From Harriotta raleighana (taxonomy: Eukaryota), in assembly GCA_050575255.1 (NCBI GenBank), contig JBNZDD010013633.1:833058-897057 (forward strand): a stretch of 64,000 bases of DNA, in the 5' to 3' direction. Positions 38,014-51,938 of this stretch are shown piece after piece. How positions within the stretch are numbered: position 1 is the stretch's first letter; the number at the start of each line of letters is the position of its first letter. Under the pieces are notes generated by a model. That model searched no databases, was not told where the DNA came from, and saw only the letters and a list, made by a program, of their open reading frames with translations. The translations under genes and the position numbers were made by a program.

Positions 38014-38689
38014 TCACCGTTAACCTGTTCAGCTATAATACACAAGCAACTTGAATTTATATAGTGATGTTTACATGGGTCAGTGTCGAGGTACAATTTG
38101 CTGCTGGGACAAGTGACTTGCTGCTTTCACCAGCTAAAACCACAAAGCTTGCCTGGCAAACTTCTTACTGCTCATTACACGCTTTCGAATAAAGCCTTGG
38201 TTTGCAGGTTACCTGCAGCCAAATTGGAAGAATCCTTGCATTAGTGACCGGTCTGCTTCTCTACCTTTGGTAGATGAACCAACTGCCTGGTCTGTCATCA
38301 GCACTTGGAGTACCGTAGACCGACCTGGCTCAGGAAATGAACCACAGAGTCTATCCCAGTGGCTTAGCACAACTCCAATATTCCAGAGCCCGGCCCATTG
38401 TTTTGGTGCCAAATAAGATCATCTCTACCTCCCTACAAGGATAGTCATTAGTTGCTCAATAGATATCCGACAAGCAACATGATGGAGAACTGTTTGGACA
38501 TGCATCTTGTATCCCAGAAGCTTAACCTGAGTTGGTATCTTAGTCATTCATGGGAAGCAAGAATGACCGGAATACACTTCTTCGCTTCTCAGTGCAGTCC
38601 CAAAGTGCACCTTTCCGGACTTTCCCTCAGATTCTCTGAACCCATGCACATCGCAGACATCAGGTTTTGATCGCCAGATTTATTTTCTA

Positions 38690-39345
38690 CCCCACATCTG
38701 TTTCCTGACCAGGACCACTTTTTTCCATTGCCGTCACATTGTGTGCCTCTGTCCATACCTCACAAGCAGCCGAAACCCTCGTCCATGCCTTCGCACCACC
38801 TGGTTAGACTATTCCAATGCCCTCCTCACTGATTTTCCTAGCACACTATAAACATAATTAAATTAATCTAAAACTTGGATTCTCACATGCACAGAACTCT
38901 ATACCCCCATCACAGCAGTCCTTGCCAGGCTCCACTGGGTTTCAATTACCGAACAGATCTATTTCAAGATCCTCCCACTCATTTTCAAATCCCTTCATGC
39001 CCTTGCACCTCCCTACCTATCTGATCTTCTTACCCCGACTCCACCACCTGCTGCCTCTACTCGGCTGGATCCAGATTCCTCTTTGTCTCTCGTGCCCTCT
39101 GCTTCACTTTCGGGGGCTATGCGTTCATTCACTGTGCCACAAAAGTCTGGAACTCTTTCCCTCAATCCTTTTGCCTTGCTCCCTCTTCCACTCCACCTCC
39201 AAATCACGCCTAAAGACCTTCCTTTATTGACCATGCTTATGGTTATCTCCCCCTCCTTCTCCTCCTGGCTCGGCATTAGACTCTACCACTGTCCAGCGCT
39301 CATGGATGTACCCCACATGAAGGGCACTATATATAAATGCAAATT
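38690..39345 (+). mobile_element. Older L2 LINE 3' fragment, degenerate
   Basis: AETLVHAF...LDYSNALL, LARLHW...YFKIL and a gcgctcatggatg...aagggcactatatataaatgcaaatt 3' end. Confidence 0.75.
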
Positions 39346-39496
39346 GATATTTCTAAGCAACCACACTCCCCCGATCCAATATCAATTAACAATTAGCTTA
39401 GGATGCCCCTTGTATTTTCTAAGTCCTTGTTCAAGCCATGCAGAGCGATAATCCTGCACTTGGGGAGTGCCCACTATCATGTACCACTGTGTAGTG

Positions 39497-40014
39497 GCAG
39501 CCTCTCTGCCACGACACTCTCTGCCCACGACACTCTCTGCCCACGACACTCTGGAACTCCATCCNGGTGGCCGGGCTTTCAGCCTCTCTGCCCACGACAC
39601 TCTGGAACTCCATCCCGCAGTCCCTCCGCCTTGCTTGCTTCCTTTCCTCTTTCAAGGTTGGTCTCAAGACCTTCCTCTTCGACCATGCCTTCAGCTCCCC
39701 CCCACAACTCTTCCCCCTCTCCCACTCTCCTTCCCCCGCCCCCTACCCACGACCCCCCGTCCCCGCTCAGATCCCGAGCTGACTGTTCAGCGCTTTGGGA
39801 TGTCCTCCCGATNTAACTCTTCCCCCTCTCCCACTCTCCTTCCCCCTCCCCCTCCCCCTACCCACGACCCCCCGTCCNTCCCCCTCTCCCACTCTCCTTC
39901 CCCCGCCCCCTACCCACGACCCCCCGTCCCCGCTCAGATCCCGAGCTGACTGTTCAGCGCTTTGGGATGTCCTCCCGATATGAAAGGCGCTATACAAGTG
40001 TAATTTTGTTGTTG
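39497..40014 (+). mobile_element. Young L2 3' fragment, assembled as overlapping pieces
   Basis: Matches 11220-11510; n at 39565, 39813 and 39878 each separate repeated segments; three roughly 16-bp ctctctgcccacgaca units at the 5' edge. Confidence 0.85.
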
Positions 40015-40810
40015 TAGTCAGTGTTTAAGATGGTGCATACAGCACACAGTGTCCCCAGATGAAAATTACAACTTTTCCATGACATGATATTGCACAATAT
40101 TATTGTATCTGTCAGGTCGGTAAAATAAGTTTGCTGGAATTTTTTTACAGCAGACAATATCCAAATACGGTCACATGGATACTGACTCATTCTGTTGTTT
40201 GTGCCTAGAGAACTATTGCAGTAGATTCAGCCCGATCTCTGTGAGCAATTTGCATCTTGTTTTGGAATTTCTTTGGACAATGTTTTCAGAGAATTGGTTT
40301 GCTGGTAGCATGGAAAGAGTTGGACGAACAGCCATGTGTCACCAACAAATTTTCACAGCCAAATATGTTCCCGCAACCCTAGTGCAGCAAATGATGGTTA
40401 CAAAGCACAGACATTTGCGTACTATTGTCAGATGATGTCCAGAGAGAGATTTATATAGATTGTACCTCATGGAAACAGATCACTCAGTTCATGCCTGTGA
40501 TGAATCTCACACGAGACTCTACCTATTCCTTATTCACCCCCAATACTTTTCTATTTCCTTCTGTCTTCTGCTTCTAAGCGTTGAAAGTTTCATAACTTTC
40601 ACTGTTTCCCCGCAGATTGATCTGGAGAAAGCTTCATTTCTTTCCTAAAAAGGAATAAGCTACAGAGGTAACATACAAAGACAGGTAAATGGGATTGAAA
40701 CGATTGCTCTTAAAATAACCAGAACAGGCTCAAGAGGACAAATATCTTCTTCTTTACCGTAAATTTGCATGATTCTGTAGTTTTTTGTGTCACTGTCGTT
40801 AACAATAACG

Positions 40811-41690
40811 TGAACAACAATAATCTTACACTTCTATAGCTCATTTAACATTGGGAGGATATCTTTAAGGAAATGACTGGAAGACCAAGATGGGGGTGTA
40901 GGAGGATTGGAAAAGGGGATCAAAAGCACAGTCAAAAAGAAAGATCCTGAGGTGGGCTTTAAAGGTGGGGAGGGGCAAGGCAGAGTCACTCTGGACTGGT
41001 TCCAGAGAGTAGAGCAGAATGCTAGAAAGACATCCACCAAAAATGTTATACATTGGTTAGGGGGAGGGGGGCTGGTGCTTGCTAAGTGGAAGGAGTGGCT
41101 GCGGTGGGAAGCTTACACAAAGTCCCAGAGATAGATTCGAGGAATTTCAGTGGGAGGACTAGGATGATGATTTGCTGCAGGATGAGGAACAACAACAAAA
41201 TTGCACTTATAAAGCGCCTTTCACGTCGGGAGGACATCCGAAAGCGCTGAAAAGTCAGGTTGGGATCCGAGCGGTGTGGGGTGGGGGGGGGGGGTCGGGG
41301 TAGGGGGAAGGAGAAGGGGAAGAGTTAATGGGGGAGCTGAAGGTGTGGTTGGAGAGAAAGGTCTTGAGACTGGCGTTGAAGGAGGAAAGGGAGAAAGCAA
41401 GGTGGAGGGGCTGCGGGATGGAGTTCCACAGTGTGGGAGCAGAGAGGCTGAAAGCCAGCTGCTGATGGTTGAGCAGTTAGGGTGGTGGATGCGGAGCAAG
41501 CCTGAGTCTGCTGAACGGAGGGGGCAGGCGGGCTGATAGAGAGACAGCAAGTCAGAGAGATATATGGGGGCAAGCCCGTGAATAGCCTTGAAGGTGAGGA
41601 CGAGGATCTTCACTGTAGAACCAGTGAAGCCCAATGAGGACGAGGTTTTGGGCTTGTGGAATCTGATCCAGGAGAGGAATGGAAAAACTG
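40811..41690 (-). mobile_element. Old L2 fragment interrupted by a younger L2
   Basis: Degenerate tail at 40811-40870, FKAHLRIFLFDCAF; resumes after 41618 with LVLIGLHWF (equivalent to PTLAHLHWL). Confidence 0.65.
41188..41610 (-). mobile_element. Young L2 3' fragment
   Basis: KILVLTFKAIHGLAPIYLSDLLSLYQP through to the stem-loop and (GTT)n tail. Confidence 0.9.
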
Positions 41691-42159
41691 AACACTCAAT
41701 GCCTGTCATTTTTATCCGGATGCTATTATGAGAATTACATTTTTAACTTTTGCAAGTCACTTGTCCCGTCAGACTTCCACATGCAGAATGAACCAAAGAA
41801 GGCCAGCCGACTGCAGCTTTCACCCATACTAATAGAGACCAGCTGATACCTGTTAAAAGCATTGAAATCTGTGCCAATATTTAGTGTAGACAGTAATGTT
41901 ATTTTATGACATGTGCAAACCATATGTTAACATACAGAAGGATTTACAGGTGCGTTCAATGATGTAATTAACAGAATTCTACAAAGAGTATCATTAAATG
42001 CACTTGCAATTCCTGTGCTGGATTCTTTACTCGAAAGAGACTGTGAACTGAGTGACTAGATTCCTTTTCTAACCTGAAAGTTAAGCTGCTTGTTGGAAGT
42101 TTTAATTTGTATTTTGATGGATCCATAATTCTGACTGTCCATCAACTTATATGACTATA

Positions 42160-42551
42160 ACTGAGCCAGAAGGTTGTGGGTTCAAGCACTAAGTCAGTAC
42201 TTGGAACTCATGGCCTAGACTGAGACTCCCAATGCATGTGCTGCATTGTTGTCGGTGTTGTCTTTCAGATGAAACATTAAACCAAAGTACTGTTTGCTTC
42301 TTCTGGTGGACATGTAATATCCCAGGGCACTTTTGAAAAGAGGAGTGAATTTCTCCTCATGTCCTGGGTGACAATCCCCCAAGAAGAATTAGTCATTCAT
42401 TTCACTGCTCTTTGTGGGACGTTACTGTGCACAAATTGGCTGGTGCTTTAGTCCCTAAATACACGTTACACTGTGTATCCTGTAAAGCGCATTGATACAT
42501 TCTCCTATCGAAAAAGATGCTATATCAAATGTAAGGATGATTATTATTATT
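42160..42551 (+). mobile_element. Old Deu/SacSINE1-like SINE
   Basis: ctgagccagaaggttgtgggttcaagc head; gtctttcagatgaaacattaaacc central motif; tttgtgggacgttactgtgcacaaattggctg; tail. Confidence 0.7.
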
Positions 42552-43373
42552 AGTTCAGTATAATCCACCAGTAGCTTTATTGAAATAAATCTCTGGAATA
42601 ATTATTTTCCAAAGTTCAAATGAAGGGTTCACTTGATAAATTGCAAAACCAGGGTGGTCACATTCCAAAATACATTGGTGCAATATCACTTTGTTATCCT
42701 GTACAATTGAAAATTCTTGCTTGGATCATACCATCTGTGTGTATAAGATAACAGCATCTGAACACCCATACTTGAAATATTTGAAACATTCCACTTAACC
42801 AGATAACCAGAAGGAAACACTTATTTCCAGAGCAAGGAACTGAATTGTTAGCTGCACTTGATGTCTTCACTAAGCAGCTGCTAGTGCTAACAGAATGCTG
42901 CCTAGAGGATTTTACATCTATTCAACCTGAGAACACCCTCTTTGGGGAAATTTAGAAGTGTGTCCAATGTATTGTTCTTGTATTCAGATGATTAGGACTT
43001 CTGTAAACCTGAGATGGGCCAGATGAATCTTCCGAGGACAGCTGTTTCATAGGAACCAGATTCCAGACTATACCACTGAAGTCTCCAATGAAGAATTTAT
43101 TTTGCACGTTCAGAAACAGCTGTTTTTATTCTTAGTAGGAAATAAAATCTTTGCAAATAATTTAAGGACTAATAACCAAGCTATGTTTGAGCTCACAAAT
43201 GATAGACGCTTCACGCAATCTGTACAGTGGAGTTTGCTGGGCAGTGATCACTCCAGTGTTCTGATTTATCATGGCAAATTCTGCATCACAGAGATAATTG
43301 ATAATGGAGAAAACAAGTTGATATATTGGCACAGTAGCACAGCAGCTATGACACTCTGGACAAGTAGAAAGAC

Positions 43374-43444
43374 ACAACAACAACAACAAAATTACATTTG
43401 TATAGCTCCTTTCATGTTTGGAGGACATCCCAAGACGCTGGACA
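43374..43444 (-). mobile_element. L2 LINE, extreme 3' end only
   Basis: (caa)n aattacatttgtatagctcctttcatgtttggaggacatcccaagacgctggaca. Confidence 0.85.
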
Positions 43445-45879
43445 ATCTCTTTGGAAACTCTCTTAAAGTTGCAAGACTTAAGTGGACTAAATATGAGAGT
43501 AATATGCTTTATTGTCCATACTTGTAGGAACAATTCATAGGGCATAGATAAATTGCCTATGTCAGAAACAAACCAGGAAAATAAGAAAGGTTAACATTGA
43601 ATTGAAAGGGAGGATGATGAAGGTGAAATGGAAATCAGCAAGTAGAACGATAGCTGCAATTATTCAACTAAGTTCTGAGGAGAACGGAATCTGGGAATAT
43701 TCATCTTGAAGAAGAGAAGGGCATAGATAAATGCCTCCCTCCCAATAATATGGTAACATAGTCAACAATTTAGGAGAAACAGAACACAACCACATAAATT
43801 TATACTTCCATAATCTCTTGCACAAAGAGAGAATGTGTGAAAGCATTTTATTAAGTGGCACCTCAAGATGGTAGAGCAGGAGGTGGGCTATAGCACAGCC
43901 AAATAAGATATTTTTAGTTAGATTTTCATAAACAATTTCAATCTCAGAAGAGGGAAACTGAACAGATAGTTCAATATTCAATTATTTTATGCACTGAGTG
44001 GTTAATATGCCAGGGAGGCAGTGGGAGCAGATTGTGTGTCAGCAAATTCAAGAAGGGTGTAGATAGGTACAATAATTGGCAAATAATTCAAATGAGAGAT
44101 ACAGTAGCAAAGGATTATTTAGTTTTTTTAATTACCTTTGTTCTTTTAATCATAGGGAGCTGCCAGATGGACATCAATGTTCTTGTTTGGGACTTGAAGG
44201 AGGCTAGGGAGGGGGGCAAAGCTGTTCAACATTGCACAATTGATCTATTTCCTATTTTCAAAACTCTTGGATATAATCCTGATTTGAAAGCAATGACATC
44301 CCATTTACAATGCCCTTGTTCAAGGCTGCTCATTACTATTATTTTTCCTTTACATAGAGGAAGGTGTCTAATATTCATTTTGTGCACCGTATTGGAAGTT
44401 AATTTTCTGTTTGGCTACATTGAATGATTGAATGATGTCTATGTTCAATAAAGGCTTGAAGCATTCTGCATGATCTTAAACTTCTACCTTAAGGAAAGTA
44501 TAGTAAGCAGCATAGGACTAGGCGGAATTTCAGACTTCAGGTGCATAAGCCCAAAAATAGAAGGATAAAGTCACTCTTACCAAACACCTTTCAAATACTT
44601 CCAGCTCCTAATTGTTTATGTTAACCAAAATATTTCAGTTTTCTGTGTAAAAAAAAAACTGAACCCAACTTGAAAAGTTTGGAACCATTACAACTGTGAT
44701 GCTGTTTTGTAGAATACTGATGGTTTCAAAGCTAAAGTTCACATTGGGAAGCTCTGTCGATTGGTCTCCAAGTCGAGTGCTTACATCTGCTGAGACCAGT
44801 GGAGCAACGCTAGAGTTCTTGGGCAGAGCAGCTTTCAAGTAGTGTTTTTTCTCTCGCATTCAGGAAATAATGTGACATCGGAGAGCATATTTTACCACCA
44901 GCATGACTCATTTTCTCCCTCGTTGACAAATTCAGTCTTTCTGTCCCGTTTAGGTGATTACAGTTGCTGGTTTAAAGGGATGTTGCTACACTCATTTCAA
45001 TGTACCTTAGTTCAATGTTGCAAAGATACGACAAGGCCCAAAATGTCAGATGATTCAGGCAGTCACTTTTGTCAATGAGATTCAATATAAATTGTGAACT
45101 CATCTATAATCCTGGCAGCTTGGGTCGCAATAATAGTAAAACAGCTTTAGTTTGTGAAAGATCACAACATCACTGACTGGAATATATTGTTAGAAAGGTA
45201 ATTCTGCCTTGGGGATGAGGTAACATTTCAGTGTCACACACTGATTGCAAGCAAACCTGAATGAAAAGTGTCAACAAAAAGAACCTTATAAAGTTCAATT
45301 GTGTCAAAAAGTAAACCTTTCAGAAGCATTTATAAAACTGTAAACCAAAGAAATAAAGAAAGTCATTTTTAAACAGTCCTTATTTTTTTCTGATTGTTCG
45401 CTGCAGCCAGTCTTTTCACAAATTCTTTGCTGTGACCTACACACTAGATACATTATTTCACGAAGCATTAATCTCCCATTTATGAAAGATGTTTTTGCAG
45501 CAATGATAGCTTTTAGCAAATGGATCCGAATGCCCATGGGCTGGTACATCAATAAATAATCTCTCTAAATGTAGAACAATTAGGAATTTATTTGGTAATA
45601 ACAACAATTCTTTGCACAGTTGCGACTAGATCTTCAAAGCTATTTTGTAAGAGTTTTTCTCTTTTGGATGTAATTAATTAATCTCATTAATTATATAAAT
45701 TCTGGATACATTTGTTCTTTGCTAAATGCTGATGTAACTTTCCAAAATAGAAATGCTTGGTAGGTAGTGGTTTGGACCACTGCTAATTTATTGCCTGCAA
45801 GAATATAATAATAATAACAATCCTGATATTTGATATAATGCCTTTCATGTCAGGAGGCTATCCCCAAACTCTTTACAGG

Positions 45880-46417
45880 TTTATACTACAGTATTAGGTA
45901 GAGTGATTGTGTGTCTTGTGAGCAAACTAGTTCCATTTAATTTAATGGAGCAACAACAGTCAATCATCCACTATGCACTAATGATGGCAACAGTGCCCTT
46001 AATTGTTCTACTGAAGCAACATTCCAGGTGTCAACTATTAATATCATAGGAATCATCTGTTTTTCTATCAAACAATGCACAAAGAGGGTAACTGAAGCCA
46101 TGCAACACCATGCCCCTCAGGAAGAAAAGCTCCATTTTCAAACACCAATGTGAGATGGCTGGAGCNTTTATACTACAGTATTAGGTAGAGTGATTGTGTG
46201 TCTTGTGAGCAAACTAGTTCCATTTAATTTAATGGAGCAACAACAGTCAATCATCCACTATGCACTAATGATGGCAACAGTGCCCTTAATTGTTCTACTG
46301 AAGCAACATTCCAGGTGTCAACTATTAATATCATAGGAATCATCTGTTTTTCTATCAAACAATGCACAAAGAGGGTAACTGAAGCCATGCAACACCATGC
46401 CCCTCAGGGAGAAAAGT
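45880..46417. repeat. About 250-bp tandem duplication across n 46166, probable assembly artefact
   Basis: 45880-46130 is almost identical to 46167-46417. Confidence 0.85.
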
Positions 46418-46870
46418 GCTGCGATTGCATACAGAACCCAGAAATAGCAGCCAATACCCCTGACTGCTGTGCAGTAACCCAGCTGTTTGTGGGTGGGTGG
46501 GGGGGGGGGGAAGGTGGGGTGGAGCATGGGTAAGCAAATAATTGAGTTTGGCTCGTATACGATCAAGAAGCTTAAAGGCATCACTTGTCAAGGTCCGCAG
46601 AATAAATAATGGATATTTGAACAACATGCCCCAGAGAGGCATCACTACCTTTTGGAGGGAGTGGGTAGGACACAAAACTGTTGGGGAGCCTTGTTTAATT
46701 TGTTAGCAAATGCACTTATGTAAATTGTGAAGATCAATGGTTGCACATTATTGGCACATAACTTGGTTGTGCTGAGAATTGAGCTTTGGCTGTTCTCCTG
46801 ACCAATGCTAAAGCAATGGTTTAATTTTTGGCTGACAACAAGACAAAATCAAATTCTCATTTCATTGCAG

Positions 46871-46965
46871 GCAAAGTTGCAATAAAGAAAGACGATCTTC
46901 AGAAATACCACAACCGTGATACTTGGTTTCCTCTTCAGCAAGTGGATGCTGATTCTGAAGTTCAG
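46871..46965 (+). CDS. RASA3: RASA3 coding exon (exon 4 equivalent), end of C2A domain
   Basis: ttcattgcag acceptor, CAG|gtgagt donor; 95 nt, phase 1 to 0; reads (G)[31 protein letters not shown]. Confidence 0.97.
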
Positions 46966-47120
46966 GTGAGTTTACCACTGTGACCAACACAAAGCAGTAA
47001 CTCATTCACAACCTTTTACCTCTCGGGCTCTTGTTCCAAGTGAACTCAGATTGATTGTGGATGGGGAATCCTTACTCTTTTTATTTGTAAATTTCCAGGA
47101 TTGTTTAAAATATAGTAATA

Positions 47121-47698
47121 CAGTAAAACCTTGTTTATCCATGACTCGATGAACCGGAAAACCTATTCAACCGCCATCTCAAAAAAACAGTCCCGATTCG
47201 ATGAACCGGAAGTTATCCAGTGATAGTGATGATGTGTTTAATGAATTGACTGTCGCACGCGAGTACTGGTGCAGGTACTTGCGGCTGGCCGCTAGTCGGA
47301 TCTAAACTCACTCCTGCTCCTTTTAAAAGTCTCGTTTTTTTTTTACCTCCGTCGGGTGAGTGCTGCAGTTGCGAAGTTAAGTATAAATAATAAAGTACTA
47401 ATACTGGTGCAGGTACTCACGGTTGGCCGCTAGTCTAGTCTAACTTTCTTCTGCTCCTTTTAAAAGTCACTGCTGCTGTCGTTTTTTTTTCCTCCATGGG
47501 ATGTGGGCCACGATTGTGAAGTTAAGTATAAATAATAAAGTACTAATACAATATTCTGTTATTATTTAGTCTATTATTAATATGGTATGTGTTAAAATAT
47601 TTATTTATTTATTTATTTTTAAAAATCTGTTCAACCGGAAAACCGTTTAATCGCCACTGGCCAGGTCCTGTGGGTGCCAGATAAACAAGGTTTTACTG
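47121..47698. mobile_element. pogo/Tigger-type MITE, 578 bp, with an internal tandem duplication of about 140 bp
   Basis: TA-CAGTAAAACCTTGTTTATC...GATAAACAAGGTTTTACTG-TA, perfect 19-bp TIR; diverged units 47264-47401 and 47402-47546. Confidence 0.92.
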
Positions 47699-48117
47699 TA
47701 ATTATAATAATTCATAAATTTGACACAGCTCCTTTCTTGTCATGAGTTTGTCTCAAAGTATGTCACAGGATTTTACTGTAAATTGTAGTGACTCTCTATT
47801 TTGTGGGCGATCTGCCCCAACCCAATTCTTGATTGGAATGTGTGCACAGCATGGAAGTAGTGGCTCATTACTGAGAGGCAACAGGGAAAGCTGACATGAG
47901 AAAGAATAATATTGTATCACGTGGTGCAGTAGGGATACTGTTCTGAGATGTGGGCTTTTAAAATTCAAGCTTGGCATCACCTAACCACCACCGCTTGATT
48001 TATTACACCTGCTCTCCTACTTTTTTCAGTTCAGTGATGTTCTGCATTATGGACCTTGGCCCTTCAGGAGCAAGCTTGTCTTAAGTTACTGAATAAAAAA
48101 AACAAAGACACATTGTA

Positions 48118-48221
48118 AACATACAGTCAATTCACTTTACAATTTATTCTGTGAAGCGCTTTGAGATGTCTAAATTATCTGGTAAGCCACTATATCAAAT
48201 TAAAGAATTATTAATATTATT
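48118..48221 (+). mobile_element. SINE 3' fragment
   Basis: atacagtcaattcactttac...gtgaagcgctttgagatgtc...tatatcaaat. Confidence 0.8.
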
Positions 48222-48831
48222 GGAAGCTGTACAGAGGCACTCTGTGCAAGAGTTGACTTGAGTTTTATTACGAGCCCAAGGTGGCAGAAGCAGAAAACAA
48301 CTCATTTTTCATTATAGACATTGATTGGCTTAATGAACGCAAACCTAACTAAAAAGACAAAGTTCTCTTGTCCTAAGTCAAATCCAATTGTTCTTAATTC
48401 TCCACTATAAAGTGGATCTATTTAGCAACCCTAGAGATATGGAAACTCACTGCAATAGGAAGAAGTATTGCAAAAAGAAATGCCATATACCAAAGTTTTT
48501 AAAGATCTTAATTAAGGGGTCAGTTAGGTATATAATAGCAGAGTAATCTGGCCTTGCAAGGATGCTAGTTTGCTGCTCCCTGAACTGATGGATTCAAATT
48601 TGAGTTAAATGGACTTTGATTTGCTCCGGAAGTGCAGTTGCCATTGCAGTCTGGGCAGTCAGCCACAGCACCACACAAGAGACAGACTTAAATGGCTGAG
48701 GGGAGAACTTTATTTCCTGAGAAATAAAAAAAATGTTTCCGTCAAAACACTCTAAACATTATTAAGAAATAAACGGTGATTTGGAGTAAGATTTGCTTTT
48801 TAATAAATCTCAGCAGAAAAAAACTTTGCGA

Positions 48832-48932
48832 TCAGTCAATTCACTTTACAGTATATTCTGCAAAGCGCTTTGAGATGTTTCGAAGATGTGATAAGGCGCT
48901 ATATCAAATGTAAGGATTATTATTATCATTAT
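48832..48932 (+). mobile_element. SINE 3' fragment
   Basis: cagtcaattcactttacagtatattctg...aaggattattattat. Confidence 0.85.
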
Positions 48933-50141
48933 TAAAATATACAGTCCCCAGTATTCGTTATTTTAACTTCACAATGAGAGGTTTCTCATATCCCATTTCC
49001 TTCAGTTGCTCATTTTAAGTTTTAGTTTTTCTCTTAATTGTATTCCCAATCATTTTTATTGTAAATTTGTGTAATCTCCATTGGAACTTATGGGAATCTT
49101 TGCTTTCAGGTTTGCTAGAGCAGCAAAATAAGAGGGCAAAGATTCAGGCCTTGCAAAGGGCAATTTCAGGACTGATACCAGGAAGTATTTATTTACCCAG
49201 AGAGTGAGATCAGGATGTTGGACTTATTTTAATAACCAGTGATGCTGTGAATGGAGGATGGTCGAATGCATTTTTTGGAAAATTAGATCAGAGGCCTACC
49301 TGTTTACTCTCCCTATTCCTTCTCTCCTGTCCAATCATGTGGGGACAATTCTAAGATTGTCAGTTGACTTATCTACTTCATCCTGTGTGAGCATTGGCTT
49401 TGAAGAGCAGTGAGCTGTTTAACCTTGGAGATGGGCATGGAAATTTAGCCTAATGTTGTCCTCACTCAGCATCTGCACATGTAGTTTTGGAATCAGCAGT
49501 TAAAGATGATGGTGGGACTCTAGGATATTGATGCCAAGTATAGTAACTGCATCATCCCCCTAGCTACGATTGGCTCACTCACCACATACCAGGGATGGAA
49601 CCGGAGACCTTCTTGGGCACTGTAAAACTCCTTTCAATCATAACATTGCTTCATACAAGATCTGTTAAAGGCTCAAGAGAAGAATGAAATGGAAAAGCTT
49701 TTAGGAGCTGTCAATGTGGTTGGCATATTTGTAAACCATATTTAAACACAGCAGGATTATATGCCAAGTGTACAGAAGGAATTGCATATCTATAATTTTG
49801 TAATTAGCCAATGAAAAAGACTGGATAGAATTCTCTGTTAATTGCTTAATAACTGCATCTAAAATTCCATATGTACATAAGGCTTACCTATGATGCATAA
49901 TATATGGTTACACATGGTGTATAATAGAAGCCCTTGTCAGAGTGGCAATGGGTTATACAAAATAACCTTGGAGATGGGTCAAACAGATTGCAAAAGCATT
50001 TGATACATGCATCACCACAATCGAGATTTCTATGCCAATTTTTGGAGCAGGATCATATGTGGCCATGAGTAGGTAACTCCTTGTAGCCTATGCCACAATA
50101 TTAATGTTTTGGGGTAGGTTCATTTGGCTATTAAGGACTTG

Positions 50142-50254
50142 ACGTTCGCCCATAAATATACAGTCAATTCACTTTACAGTATATCCTGTGCAGCTCTTTG
50201 AAATGACTCGAAGGCGTGGAAAGCGCTACATCAAATGCAAGGATTATTATATTA
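50142..50254 (+). mobile_element. SINE 3' fragment
   Basis: gttcgcccataaatatacagtcaattcac...aaggattattatatt. Confidence 0.85.
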
Positions 50255-50934
50255 TATCCTGCCTGTATGCGGTAACTGGACCAAGGCTGAATAACTGCTC
50301 ACTTTCTTGCCAGTTGTTGATAGTGGGAAGGCACTTGCTGAAGGGGAGGAGAGCTCAGGCAAAATGTCAGTGTCCAAACTACAGCAACTACCCGTTGCAT
50401 CTTGTATATTAGGATTCAAGACTCCATAATGCACAGATTCAGGAACAGGTTACTTAAGACTTAACATTTGGTTAAACTCAGCCACTATCACTTTTTTTTA
50501 CAATCATCAGTTTTGAGATGGTCCCTTTAACTGTTGTAGCAGCGACTCCTTAACTGTACTTTCCAAGCTATTCTCAGAAAAGCAACTTGTTTATGTCATT
50601 TCATATTCTATATTAAAGAGGTGGGCATGTGTTTCAGAATGCAGGACTAGATTCTTTAGCTGTGATGTAAGCTACATTACTTTTGATGATATTTATACAT
50701 AAAGGGCAATAACTGTAATCACAGAGATCCCTATTGCTTTCTATGCCCTCTTGCACTCAGTAAAACAAGTCACTTTAGTCTTCCAATGCAAATATTAATT
50801 GAGAACAAATACAAACAAGGGCATGTAATAGGACATCAGGGTGAGTGTTATTGAAGGATCAGAATCAAATGTTCTGAAGGACTTCCTCTCTGAATCTCTG
50901 TCGGAATTCTGAATCCACAACGAAAACATAATAT

Positions 50935-51938
50935 AACAACAACAACAACAAAATTACACTTATAGAGCGCGTTTCATGTCAGGAGGACGTCCCAAGGCGC
51001 TGGACAGATTAGTTCAGGACCCGAGCAAGGGAAAATGTTCAGGGCGAGGGGGGGGAAGGGTGGGAGCAAGGAGGGGGTAGAGACTCGAGAGGGGAGTTGA
51101 AGGCACGGTCGAAGAGAAAGGTCTTGAGACTGGCCTTGAAAGAGGAAAGGGAGGAAGCGAGGCGAAGGCACTGGGGGATGGAGTTCCAGAGCCTGGGGGC
51201 TGAGTGGCTGAAAGCCCGGCCGCCAATGCTAGGGCGGTTAGGGCAGGGGACGTGGAGCAGACCAGTGCCAGAGGAACGGAGGGTACGGGCAGGTAGATAG
51301 GGGGATAGTAGGTCGGAGAGGTAGGAGGGAACAAGGCCGTGAATGGCCCTGTAGGTAAGTATGAGGATTTTGAATTCGATCCTCTGGGGGATGGGGAGCC
51401 AGTGGAGACGGGCGAGGGTGGGAGTGATGTGGTCTCGAAGCCTGGTGCGGGAGAGTACACGAGCTGCAGAGTTCTGGATGACCTGCAGCTTGTGGATGGA
51501 GGAGCCGGGAAGGCCCACGAGGAGAGAGTTCCCATAGTCCAGCCTTGAGGTGATGAAGGCGTGGACCAGTATCTCAGCAGCGTGAGGGGTGAGGCAGTGT
51601 CGTAGTCTGGCGATGTTCCGGAGGTGGTGGAAGGCAATGCCAGTTGTGGCGCGGATGTGGGGGAGAAAGGACAGCTCAGGGTCAAATAGAACACCGAGGT
51701 TCCTGACTGGCTTTGCGAGGTGGAGAGTGCAGCCTTGGATGCTGATGCTGTCAGGACCCGAGTTGCGGAGGCGCTGACGCGAGCCAATCAGGAGGGCCTC
51801 GGTTTTCCGGACGTTGAGCTGAAGAAAGTTGTCTCTCATCCAGGACTCGATGTCAGACAGGCAGGCTGTCAGGACATCGGTAGTCGTGGAGTTGAGAGTA
51901 GAGAAGGAAAGGTAGAGTTGGGTGTCATCCGCATACAT
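50935..51938 (-). mobile_element. 5'-truncated L2-clade LINE with an uninterrupted frame from YADD to the ORF2 end
   Basis: ORF 51039-51968 reads MYADDTQLY...[14 protein letters not shown]...LHWLPIPQRIEFKIL...LWNSIP...FKASLKTFLF; stem-loop, (GTT)n tail; ACATAATA duplicated at 50926-50933 and 51935-51942. Confidence 0.95.
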
